The position numbers and the translations under genes were made by a program. A DNA stretch of 64,000 bases from contig CM114271.1 of the NCBI GenBank assembly GCA_050084515.1, forward strand, positions 32,426,001 through 32,490,000. Direction: 5' to 3'. How positions within the stretch are numbered: the first letter of the stretch is position 1; the number at the start of each line of letters is the position of its first letter. The notes under the pieces were generated by a model that searched no databases, was not told the DNA's origin, and saw only the letters and a list, made by a program, of their open reading frames with translations. This DNA is from Blasia pusilla (lineage: Eukaryota). Shown here one piece after another: positions 11,334 to 22,900 of the stretch.

Positions 11334-13433
11334 TCATGTAGGACTCACCAATCGGAATATCCCACTCCGGTTGTCCAACATACATACACCAGGTGTAAGC
11401 CTCTCACGATCAATGGCTGGCCGGGCTAGTAATGCAACCATCTTCGCCGCTGTTGCCTGCCAAGTAGCACTGGTACTCAATGCTACACCTAACATAGAGG
11501 GTCGCTCCACCGCAACACCCTCATCCACCTCAGCACGTGTAGTAGTAACACCCCCACGTCCACACAACGTGGCTGCTAGCTGAAATACATGAGCTAAGTC
11601 AACTCCTAAAGCCATCAGCTCCATGGCCGAAAATAATGGGGATCCCAACACTGAAGTTGCCATCCGCAATACTGCATTGGATGTTGCATCCGTGTCTACT
11701 ACACGCGATGTAGATGCCTCAGTCCCCACTGTCGGCTCAATAGGCTGCATAGGAACCATGGATGGAGTCCTAAGCACCCCTGACAACAAGAATGAATGGG
11801 GAAGCCTAGCCTGCCTCCCAGCCTCATCCCTCTGTGGGTCCAACTCCATAGTAGCACCACGTGGCTCTGACGCTCGAGTGGCTCCTCTCGTAACTGCAGC
11901 CGATGCCTCAACCTGTGCTGCACTCGCCATATAAGAGAGATCATCCCCTCCATAAGAGGTGGAAGCCCCTGCTCCCAAACCTGATCTATGTTGGATACCA
12001 GCCATAGTAGCCAACTTCTGCTCCAACTGCTCAATCATGGCAGCCATAGATGACTCTGTCGTAGTGGTAGGGGTAGCCACCGTAGGCTCTCCAACCACCG
12101 GTCCACCTCTACCACCTCTACCACCTCGGCCTCTCGGAGCTACTCCACCGCGGCCGCGGCCTGATCTCAACTCTGGATGAAGATCAAAGCAACGCTCTAG
12201 AGGATGACCTGGTCTCCCGCAATGATCACACTGAGTTGGGGCCGACTGAGGCCCATCCTCCAAAGTCCGTCTCCCATCCTCTTGGGGACAAAACTTCCTA
12301 ACATGATCACCTCCACATGTCCAACATGATTGTCCTTGCTGCAGGGCAGCAAATGAAGGCAATGGTCTCTGCGCAAGTGTCCCTCTTGGACCAGACTGAG
12401 GTCGTGTGTACCCCCCACGACTCCCACTACTACTACCACCACCACTACTACGAGATTGTGAGGTGGGTTGCTGAACATGAGCACTAGTAGTTGTATCCCT
12501 ACTGAATGCGGATGTCACCACTCTCTCCTTCACCATGTTAAGCTCAATCTTCTCAGATAGAGCAAACACATGGGTCAATGTGGGTGAATCATCACTCATA
12601 AGAGTAGCATCACGTACCTTGCGGCGCAACTCTCTGTCCAAGATCCCATACCAAAATTGGACTGCCTAAGCCTCAGTCACACCCTGGGTAACTAAAATCA
12701 AGCGTCGCATACGAGTGTATGCCTCACGAAGACTCTCACCAGTCTTTCGCTCAAATTCTTGAAGACTCTTCAACTTCTCTGTCTTCACTCCCTGATAGTT
12801 TCTCTTCAACCTCTTGAAGAACTCTGCAACCGGGCTAAACGATGGTGGGGCACTAGTACCCCCACAGGTACCCCTACTGGTACCTCCACTAGTACCCCCA
12901 CTGGTACTCCGGCTCGTACTCGTACCACTCAACGTCGGGCTGGCTGGCATAGTAGGAGCACTACTACCAATACCACCATGGGTGATAGACACATAGCTTG
13001 GAGACCAATATTGTCTCCACGCCTCAATCTCAGCAACATGGTCCTTCCTAAACTCATGGTAATCATCCAAGTGTTGAAACAACCCCTTCCAAGCCAAGAA
13101 GGGTGTAAACAACGTGGCGTTCCGCAACATCTGCATATCACACCACGTATCAAACTCCTGCATGAAGTCCTCCAACTCAATGGTGCCCACTACACCCGAG
13201 TATCGTCGTGGGCCCTTCATGGCCCCATATATCCCGTCCATGTCCCAAATCAATGGAGCTGCAACACTCGATAACAACGTAGAAGACTCGGTGTTTGGAA
13301 CACCCTCGTCCTCCTCTTCATCAACCGTCGGAAGTGGAAAAGGTAGCCGATACCTAAATCCACTCCGTGTGAAAGCACCACTGTCCGCGCCACGGTCCCC
13401 AACCTGACCACCTGACAGCTCCGTGATGACCAA
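11334..13433 (-). pseudogene. gag: gag of copy 1 (capsid-like region, two CCHC-type zinc knuckles, RGG tract)
   Basis: ORFs 12666-13433 and 11334-12641 share one frame split by a TAG. Motifs CWTCGGDHVRKFC, CDHCGRPGHPLERC and RGRGG repeats are present. The first in-frame ATG is at 13241. Confidence 0.85.
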
Positions 13434-14977
13434 CGCCGATGCTGCACCACCACCAAATTATCACCACTAAGTAACCAAGTGACGTCGATGTCGCTATACT
13501 ATTCTTGCTCTACTAGCTATGGGTGTAGGCAACCTAACCTATCATCACCACAAGAAGCCTCCCACAATCTATTGGTCATCACTCCAACCTCATTACCGGT
13601 AGCACACAGGAATAACACTACTCTGGAAATCAGCGTCAACCTTAACAATGGGCCCGCAAGCAAGAAGCAACGATGGAGGGGGTCCAAACACAAGAAGTCC
13701 AACGAAAACCCTCCAATCGCAAATGGAAATCAAGATAACACAATCCACAAACGTGGCGCCCCCTGAATCCACAAAACCCACCACACAATTCTAACGCAAT
13801 AGCTACTCCGCCGCGGGTCGATGACGTGCTAGTCGAACTCGCACCACCTGAAAATATCACCTAAATGGAGAGGCTACACCGTACTATGCGCTAGAGGTCC
13901 ATCAACCAAAAACCTGAGATGCATAAAATGCCTAACACATCTCCGAACAGCACCAAATGAGCTACACCCGTGTGTACACTGGCATAGTTAAGAACTCAGC
14001 AGTTAAGCGTCTTCCAGGCAGAATAGCCCAAAGATGGGTGACCAGTTATGCAACACTCAAATCACAAATCCTGCAAAAACTGCCTCACGCCAAGCAAGCA
14101 AGCAAGCTTGCTTGCTTGCTCCTTGCTCCTTGCTCCGCCTGCAAAAGCTTGCTTGCTCCTTGCTCCTTGCTCCTTGCTCCGCCTCTCACGCCCACTCGCC
14201 ACCAGTTGCCTCGAAACGCCGAGAAATGCTCGAGACATGCCCCGTTCGCCCCATTCGCCATGCTTCGCTATGGAGAAAGGCCCAACCAGGGCGCCCCCAA
14301 CGAGATAGGCGTCTCCAACAATGAACGAGTCACCAACCAACCAGCCCCTCCGATCCGCTGTCCACCATAGCCAGATCTTGAACTAGTCCGCAAAATTTCG
14401 ATCAGTAATTACTTCACAAATCCTAGACCAAAATTGAATCTATTTCAACCAAAATTCAATTGACCACCATAGCTATCTCTCCACAAAAAATCAGCTACAA
14501 CCAAGCTCTGCACTCCGAGCTAAAAATCAGACAAACTTGTTGTCCATACTCCTCCAAAATCGCAAATCCGATAGCGCTTCCGCCTAGTTTCATGCACGCA
14601 GAAATCCACAACGCTCCACACACCCAAGCAGATAGCGTCACATGAGATCACAATACAAGTAGCAACAGGAACCTCTCACCCGATCTGGAGGAACTTCAAG
14701 AGAGCTTCCGCACTCCAAGCTCTCCACATCAGAAAACTCTCCACATCAGAAAATCGTCGAACACGAACCAGAATCTTCAATACTTGATAACTTCCAACTC
14801 CCTTGAAGAAATCTGGCGATCTAAAGCGCGTTGGAAATCTCTCAGCAAGGCGCTTCTTTCCCAACCAACCACGCACCAGATTCACACCTCCAACATAGGC
14901 CACAAGCCACAAACATCCACGGCTGACTACACAATCAGCCCTAACCAGATCCTAGTGATCCACAATCGATCTACGTC

Positions 14978-14989
14978 AGTTCTTTGAGT
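14978..14989 (-). promoter_or_regulatory. Primer-binding site complementary to the predicted RNA 5' end (self-priming type)
   Basis: ACTCAAAGAACT overlaps the last base of X1. It is the exact reverse complement of AGTTCTTTGAGT at 15162-15151, which starts 30 nt after TATAAG. It lacks the TGG start of tRNA-type sites. Confidence 0.8.
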
Positions 14990-15356
14990 GAAATCCGTGA
15001 AAGACCTACTGTCATAAAACATGTATAGAATCACATACAATCGAGCCAAACCCACTCCACGATGGGAGAATCTAGGTCGAAGCTTGCGGGAAACACCATA
15101 GCCAAGAGCTCTACTCACTACCAAGGCTAACTCCCAACGCAACAGGCTCAACTCAAAGAACTAACTGTTCTTTGAGTGCACTCCACCTTATATCCTCCAA
15201 CCCAAGAGCGGGCCCTAATGGAAAAGTCACCCCCAACTGAGTAACCCCCAACCCTATGTATGAAACTGCATCTCTACCTAGCCACTACGGTCCTACGTAA
15301 GGTATGGCCTCTACTAGCACACTATACTCTACGACATAATCCGTATGGTCATGACA
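14989..15356 (-). repeat. 5' terminal repeat X1 (368 bp, TG...CA) of copy 1
   Basis: Direct repeat of 7316-7682; by eye 4 substitutions and one 1-bp indel. Contains TATAAG at 15192-15187. Confidence 0.95.
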
Positions 15357-15653
15357 GGTTTGCATCACTCTAACAATGGCATGTGAGCATGAAATAAATA
15401 GCCCATAGGAGAATAAGGCCTCGGAGGCTGTAGACCCTAGAATGCAGGTCGCCTCTTTATCAGTGGCTGTTGTGAGCAAGATCCTAATTGTCTAAAGGAA
15501 AAAAAAGAATATGGGAGCGTTCAAAAAATTGAAATGTCATCATTACACGACCCCACAACCTAAGAGTCGTCGTAAAGAATCAGCACAAAGAACTCAAAGG
15601 ACCTAAAATCTAAACCTCCCACAAAGCTAAAATGACTCGTGTCAATTTCCAAC

Positions 15654-16030
15654 TAAGGTTGCACGCGGACAAAGTCCATATCCGCGGACTTATAGCCGTT
15701 CTGAGGACAGACATGTTTGTACGTGCCTAGGTGCGGGCTCCTCAAGCCCGCATACCTGCGGCCCGCACTCGGGCCCGCACCACCTTAGCATTCCACCCTT
15801 GCTCGGGCAGTCCGCATCTCGTCCGGCACCCGTTTTTACCCCCAAGTTTGTAGCTCGCGTGCGGCCCTAGCCTGCCCGCCTTTGCCCAAGCCTAGCCCGC
15901 CGTTGCCTGTGCCGTAGCCTGCCAAAGAGGGCCGTGGCCCATCCATCCGAACAGCCACTCTCGAGTTGCCACGTGTAACCTTGGGACTTGTCCGTCAAAC
16001 CCGCGCTCTGCTTGTGTCTCGCAAACCCTA
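15654..16030. mobile_element. hAT-like non-autonomous element (MITE) related to 32406-32904
   Basis: Starts TAAGGTTGCACGCGGACAAAGTCC, similar to the reverse complement of the right end of 32406-32904. Ends ...TCTCGCAAACCCTA. Interior is GC-rich with GCCCG motifs. No clear TSD. Confidence 0.5.
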
Positions 16031-19000
16031 TGCTGACACGTGGCACAATCTGAATGGTAGAGGCTAAATTCGAATTTGTCTCCCTCCCCTTCTCCACTCC
16101 CAAACTTGGTTTGGAACAAAACCCATAAGCAAAGAGCCCACAAGTGGACCCAAAAATGCTTATGAGGGAGGGATTAGGGACTAATTAACCCACATTTACT
16201 TGAATTTCCATGGAATTTACATGTGGACTCCATGATTGAACACGGTGTCTCATTTTATGATGTTTTAATGATGACGATGATGTGTTTGCGCATGAGAGGT
16301 GAAATCAATCCAAGAAAAAAAAAAAAAAGGAGAGTCTCATAGTTGCATAGGGCTTAATTAAAAGACTTTGAGTAAAGGAACAGGAAAGTTCTCACATATA
16401 AGAGAAAAGGATAACAAAACTTTGTTTTCCATTGAGATCACCACATCAATCTTAGACTAGAGTTTGAAGATGGCCTGCAAGAACATCTCTAGGGTAGCCA
16501 ATTCACTCTTGCTTTCCTCCACACAACTTTGATTGATTGGCTATATCCAATACTTGATGTGGATATATCGAAATCTACTAGGACAAGTGGGAGAGATTGA
16601 AGTGGGAAAAGAATTCTTGAAATGAAAGTTTGGAAAGCCGGCAATTTTCCATGGTTGTTACAAGGAGGAGTGAGAAGACGTGCGGCTTAAAAGCTTTTGA
16701 CTACGAGAGAAGACGACCACGTGCAAGGTTGGCGCTCGTTTCTTACATTCGTAGAGGACGTCCAGCTGCAAGTATGACAAAAGAGGGCAGATATGTATGT
16801 CAAGAGGAGGGAAGGGGAGAAAAGAGTTTCCTAGAGTGACGCGGGATAGGAGACATGGTAGGGCATGCATGCACTAGGGCAAGTTACGGTTGATTGAACA
16901 AACATGTAGAGGTGAAGGGAGGGGTGGGACCGACAAGATCAAGCTTTCACATTTGGCGCAGCCGGAGTTGTTGTTGAGCACCATGGAAGTGATGATGCGC
17001 CAGGTCAATGGAACAGGTGGACCATAGGCCCGATATGTAATCGTCTGCTGGGTCCTTTGTGCTCTGGCTTTCGGGCTTATCCACCATCTTCCTTATCCAT
17101 TTTCTATCACGATGCATTCACCACTTACCGACACTGGTCAAACTCTCCGCCCTAAGTCGTGTCACACTTGCGGGGAGAGGAAATCTAGGGTCCGGCGCAA
17201 GGATTTACCTGTCAGCTTTTGGTTGCAGCAATACGCAAGATGGATGCTTATCCATCTTCTCACGGTCACGAGGATAGTGTTTAGCGTGCTAGAAGATGGT
17301 CTCATATAGTGGAACGTAGTTCAGACATCTTTTTCAAGGTTTCAACGTGGAAACGTGGTGAGCGTTTTTGCTGATTCTATGTAGAGAAATATCACTTTAT
17401 TATGAAAACAAACTTTGGAAGAGGCAATTTGCACTGCAAACCGTGTGGAACTGGCAAGTTTCACACTTAGCAGGACGGTTTGCAGTAGTTTAGGATGTGA
17501 TTCTTTTGCGATTATTTCACTGTAGTAGTGATGTTCAAATCTGACTTGCCTAAACAAGTTCATCAGTTTCCGATTTCAGACTCCTTTTGTTCGATTAGGC
17601 TTTCGCCATGCTCCTATTGTCTAAGGAATTATCAGTAGTTTTAATGGTGGGACTTTTCTCTGCTGGCTAGAGAGTGCATAACTGGACAAAGCATGTCAGA
17701 CTTGTACATTCATTGGATAATTTAGCAATCAGGTATTCCGCCACGTTCAGTTCAGTTTGAAATTGGGCATGTTGTACATGCCCAAGTCATAACATTTTCG
17801 GTAGTTTGGCTTTTGACAGTTCTACCACTAGGGCAGCGAGTATTTTGAATGGGCAAGCAAGATCGTCAGACCGTGCATCATCTGGGTAAGAGTTTCAAAA
17901 TCTCAAGTCTACAGATTGTAGCCCAGAAAGTATGTGCAAACTGTAAACAATCTGAACCGTGTTTACTTTCACACTCAATTAGACGCTGCATATGCATCTA
18001 GACTTAGTAACGAGCTTATCGGGTCATCGATGACCTAAACGGTAATGGAGCCACATACTTGCGTGTTCAACCTTGTTAGGTTAGTCGTACCTCTTTCCCG
18101 AGGGGGAATACTCACCGGTCCGCCTTCAGCTTCATTGCACTGGCATCTGCACTCGACGATTCCGCACAATTTGCACAAGTTTTCGTTGCTATAAGAAAAA
18201 GTATCGCCTTAGGTGCAAGTGTGTGTATCATGTTCGGAAAGTAATGGGTTCCATACCTCCGAACATCAAGAGAACAAATGCACCTTTCCCAACTCACAAT
18301 CGAAAGTTCAGAGACACGATTCTTCCAACGGCAACCAATCACTCCAAACTTGTGGCGGACAGGTGGTTACGCAGAGATTAAAATCCTCCAAATTACATGT
18401 TTGTTTACAGGGTAAACAATTCTACAAAACTTCCAGGTGACCCTAACTTCGACACTCAAGCTAGCCAATGTAATCTAGCGAACCAACTGCATGGCAGTAA
18501 CATCTAGAATTATTATATACACCGATCCCAAAGATGGAACGAGACACTATCCTGGTCTCTACTACGAAGAATACGTCTCAGGAACAGAATGTTCCGGACT
18601 TGCCAGGTGATCGTTCCGAATTATCATTTTCTCAGAGAAATATCACTGATGTGAGCTGGAGTTCGTGCAATTTTCCAGCCCGAATTATTTTTGGTCCAGA
18701 TTGTTGTCCTACAGGCAGAGGATGAAGATTTCCACGGTAGCTCATCCAGACGTTCAATAGTAGTTATCTTACCGCTGGTAGCAGGATGAAGTCGTGGACA
18801 AAAGATGTCTCGCACTGTTAAAAACATGTCCGCATTATACTTATCCAGCTTCAACTACAAGGCCAAAATACCGGGCCCATCAACCTGGAAAAAGCTTAGG
18901 ACTGCACAGGTTTCGGATCGACGAAATCGAGTATCACGTCAGCCGCTGTAAAACGTCTGGTCACATGGGAGCTAACCGCAAGAAAGGACACCATGACGGT

Positions 19001-19406
19001 CAGCTGAGGGCAAATTTACAACTCTCGATCAAGGCCTGGAATCTTATGACACAATTAGAGCCTTGGAGAGAGCGACTTGCATGATTCGCTCGCTATTTTA
19101 CACTGCAGAGTTACTCCCATAGATTGGGTGCCAGCATCTTCAAGCTTACGACGCACTCGGGCTTCTTCGATCCGTTCTTCGTAAGAGACAAGCGAGACGA
19201 GCATTACCACCTTCCAAGCCATTACTAATATGGCTATCGCTTAGCTCTCGCTCCATCTTGACGTGTAGGTCAGTGTCAGCGAATGGAGTTACAAGACACC
19301 AGCTCCCGTTGAATCAGTAATTGAGTTTCACCAGCTAATCAGCAGCTGTGACTTCTTATCTCCAGTCACGACGATTAGCAATAAGTCATCTGCGAACAGC
19401 AAAACC

Positions 19407-21616
19407 TCACGGTAATTCATGAGCCGGTGAGGGTCCAGGTGCGACAGCGAAGTGCATTGTTCGTGCTGGTACTGCTTGTAACATAATGGCTACTTCTGCG
19501 GCAGCCATAGCTGCTTCCTGCTATCAATAAGAACAAACTGTCAGACCTTTACAGGATAAAATAAAGCCTTAGAATGCAGGTTAACGACGATGTAGCCACG
19601 CATTGCAAACTTCACAATCAACGTTGAATGAGATAAGTCATCGTGTGGCTGCAATTTACCTGGCGCTGTCTTCTACGTTGAAGAATGTTCATTGCACGCG
19701 CCATTATGTAGCAAGGTAGTAGGAAGCCGGCTGCTCGAAGGAAGAAGAGCTGATCCCGAAATAGGAAGGAAAGCAAATATGTCAGGTAAGGACGTCTGAA
19801 ATTGGACCTTTCCAATTAACTACCCACATTGTACGTACAACTCACTCATACACTAATTTGGCTGAAGATGGCCAAAAATGAGACACGGCATCACTCATGG
19901 GGAATACTTAAGAAGCCATTCACTCTGAAAAGCTTTGGGCATCGAAGTGTCAACATTCAAGGTAATAAGTCTACTAAGCAATCGTATGATTGTACCCAAA
20001 GCTCAGGTTGGAACAAACCGTGAAGAAAGCAGACGCATCTTCGTCAGCAGTTGCCGCTGCCATCAAAAGCGCATGCCGCAGGAGCAAGAGAGCCATCAAC
20101 TGTAGAGCAAACTTACACGATTAAAAGCCAATCAACATGAAAGATAAGATGGGGACAGTCACCAAGAATTGCTGGGGGACAGACTGACGAGGCAGAGACA
20201 TGCACTTTGATTTCCCTGACACTCGAGAACCGAGAAAATCAAATTCAATTCCAGAACGACCCCGAATAAGGATATATGGAACTTACGATGAGAGCGGCAG
20301 ATCGGCAACACGCTGCGCCACTAGCATTTGCCGCGGCATATTCATCATATTCTGCGTCGAGCAAATGTCGCTCGGCCGCTGCCATGGCCAAGATGCGTGG
20401 ATCGCGAAGGTCTATGGAATGGGCACCGGTGATCCCCCAATCTCCACTGTCAATCCAGAAAGAAAGATAAGCGGAGGGAGTCAGTCGACGGATAGTGACA
20501 GGGGCTCAGCCTCCTAAACACAACATCTATTCATGACGACAGTGAAGACCTTGGTATACTTTTGACTCAAACAGGACTCGAAAGCAGATTGTACCAACCC
20601 TACAGGAAAAATGTGATTACCTAAGTTCAATGGGAGTTCCATCAGAGTGATGCGGCCGAGGAGGAGCTACGTATCCGCTCTTGTATGGCTGTTACAAGAG
20701 TACGACAAAGGCGAGTCAACATTTGTGGGCGGACTTACGAACGAGTACAACAATGTTGGAAGCCGACGCGGAATGACCCTAGAGAAGACGAGCAGGAGCT
20801 AAATGCCCCATGATATCAGGCATCGCCTGTCAAGAATACACTTGACCCCATCACATTCAAGTTTTAATTGGCGGCATGATAGGAGTACTTCCAGTTCAGA
20901 AACACACTCGTGGACGGTCACGCCCGTGACCGTCCACGACACCCACAGTCCGAAAGTACGCACCTGATGACAAATCTCGCAGATCGTATCTCCTTTCTCA
21001 TTGCACCAGCGCTGGACGCACTTGCGATGGGCGAACTGGAACAATACCATGATAAACACATGTGAGATTCTTACGGCCGGTAGTACTTAATTCGGTTGGG
21101 AGCATCCTCTCTTGGAATGACTACTGTGCGCCGGAAACAAGAGGAAACATCCACATAGCTGGGGAACAATCCACACCACATGGACGTCGAGGAGCTGGTA
21201 ATCGAACGCTAGCGAAGATACTCAACCATAAACTCTTGACAGCCTACCTTTACGCTGCCAGAGCAAGCACATGGGGTCTCGAGATTGTTGACATCATCCT
21301 CCTCTTGGCAAATTCGGCACTCGGCAATGGCACCAGATCCAGCAGTGGAAGCTCCATCGGGTAAAACATCACTGTTCGTTCCATCAAGAGCATCGGACAC
21401 AGGAACCGGGGAATAAACAAAGCCCTCTTGCGCAGAGAGCGCAGACTCCTTCAATACATCACCGCAGTTCACAGATATAGTGTGTTCCACAGGAGTAGCA
21501 ATAGGAAAAGATCGACCAGAACTTCCCCCGTCCTGAGAAGAATTGACAGCTGAACCAGCCAATAACCGCTCCACATCCAGACTCAGATGGTCTCCCATTC
21601 TTTCGGGACCGCTCAT
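19407..21616 (-). CDS. RING-CH (RINGv/MARCH-type) E3 ubiquitin ligase with DUF3675-like transmembrane C-terminus, 316 aa, 7 coding exons
   Basis: Exons 21616-21248, 21035-20964, 20688-20621, 20446-20287, 20099-20019, 19749-19660 and 19517-19407 all have GT-AG borders and join in frame (951 nt). Protein contains ECRICQEED...[31 protein letters not shown] (C4HC3), then CRSAALILMALLLLRHAL and LFFLRAAGFLLPCYIMARA. Confidence 0.95.
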
Positions 21617-22900
21617 TACCACAGCCAATCCCTAGGAAGTATGCGGGGAGCACTAGTGTAACTGTGGGCACAGAGGTGGGGGCGCCAAGGGAGAGTCTTT
21701 AGCCTCCTCTGGACAATATCTGGTACTCCTGAAATTTGACCACGAAATTGAGTAAGAGCGAGTCACCGAAGGAGGCCTTGTAGTGAGTCGATAGAGTCCC
21801 AACCGGAGTCACACAATCAATCCACGAGGTTCGAAAGAGAAAGCAATAGAAGCTCCAGAGTGGTACCACAGACCGATTTCTTGCTGTGTGGTTCTACACA
21901 GCCCACTTATGCTGTGTGGTCCTACAAAGCCCGAGAGTCATCGGTACGTGACTCTCGGGCTTAAAACACCAGCACCACCCAAATCGGGGCGGAGGTAGAG
22001 TAATACCTGCAGTTCGCACAGCGACTCGGTAGAGATTAGGCCTCGAGCTTGAAGATCTGCCCAATGATCTCTGTGACTACGTTTCGACTACCAGTGGATG
22101 GACGACGAACACCTGACTGCCACACAAATTCCTCCTCTTGCGTGCTACCTACTTAGGTCACCAGCGGCTGCTTGAAGCTGCTGCAATTCGTTCCAGACGT
22201 ATCCCAATCTCCCAGAAGCAGGTAAGGCGAAGGTCACCTGGCAATCACACTACCACATCTCGCTTGTCGACCAAGTTATCGTCCAAGTTAATCCAACCAA
22301 CGCCTGTGACGCCACAATGCTCGCTCGTGCCGGACGACGGAGTCCCTCTATCCTTGCGTCTATCTCTCCCCCTCTCTCTCCCTCTGTGCCACACCACTCT
22401 CTTCCCCTTCCTCCGTTTCCACTCCCCGCGTTTATAGAAGCGCGCACACACCGAAACGTACACGAACAGACCCGCTAGCTGCTGCTCCGCCTCTCGCCGC
22501 TGGTCTTATACCGACTACGCCCGCTCCGCGCCCTGTTCGAAACCAACAAGGCTCGCCACGTCCTCGCTCAGAAAGCAGAAACGGTATTATCGCACGCTTC
22601 TCTCGGCTCTCTCGGTCCATTGCAGTAGGATAGTAACCCTAATGCTTAACCCCGGTCTGCCCCGTGTCAGATATGAACCCTCTGGCGACCGATAGTTTCT
22701 AGTTCTCTCTGGGAACTTCGCCTCCTGTTCGCTCGATCGATCGTTCGTTAGTTCGCAGCAGGTAGAGGCGTCGGGGACGCTGCTACAGAGGGACAGGTGG
22801 CGCTCCACACCAACAACAGTCCGCGTACCGAGAATATAAAACCTTTTTTAAAAGGGGACTCCCGGCGTGTCAAAACGGTCAAAACCATTTATGACCGGCG
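21617..22900 (-). promoter_or_regulatory. Probable long intron-containing 5' UTR and promoter of the RING-CH gene
   Basis: CpG-retaining region with candidate acceptor tttcag near 21730 and donor cag|gtatta near 22006, plus GA-rich tracts. Boundaries are uncertain. Confidence 0.4.

Larger units (their letters stand above)
7210..15356 (-). mobile_element. Ty3/gypsy-type retrotransposon copy 1 with DNMT3-like and PHD domains and split LTRs; internally deleted and decayed
   Basis: Termini are TGTCATG...TACGACA in element sense. Flanks CGTT (7206-7209) and GGTT (15357-15360) form an imperfect 4-bp TSD. Domain order is gag, protease, DNMT, RT, then a deletion, then the integrase C-terminus and PHD. 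It is colinear with the copy starting at 55436. Confidence 0.95.

Noticed and set aside
11371-14370. Antisense and overlapping ORFs inside the Gypsy copies (e.g. 12759-13274, 13957-14370)
   Set aside because: These are shadows of GC-rich coding sequence and heptamer repeats, and they are not kept intact between the two copies.
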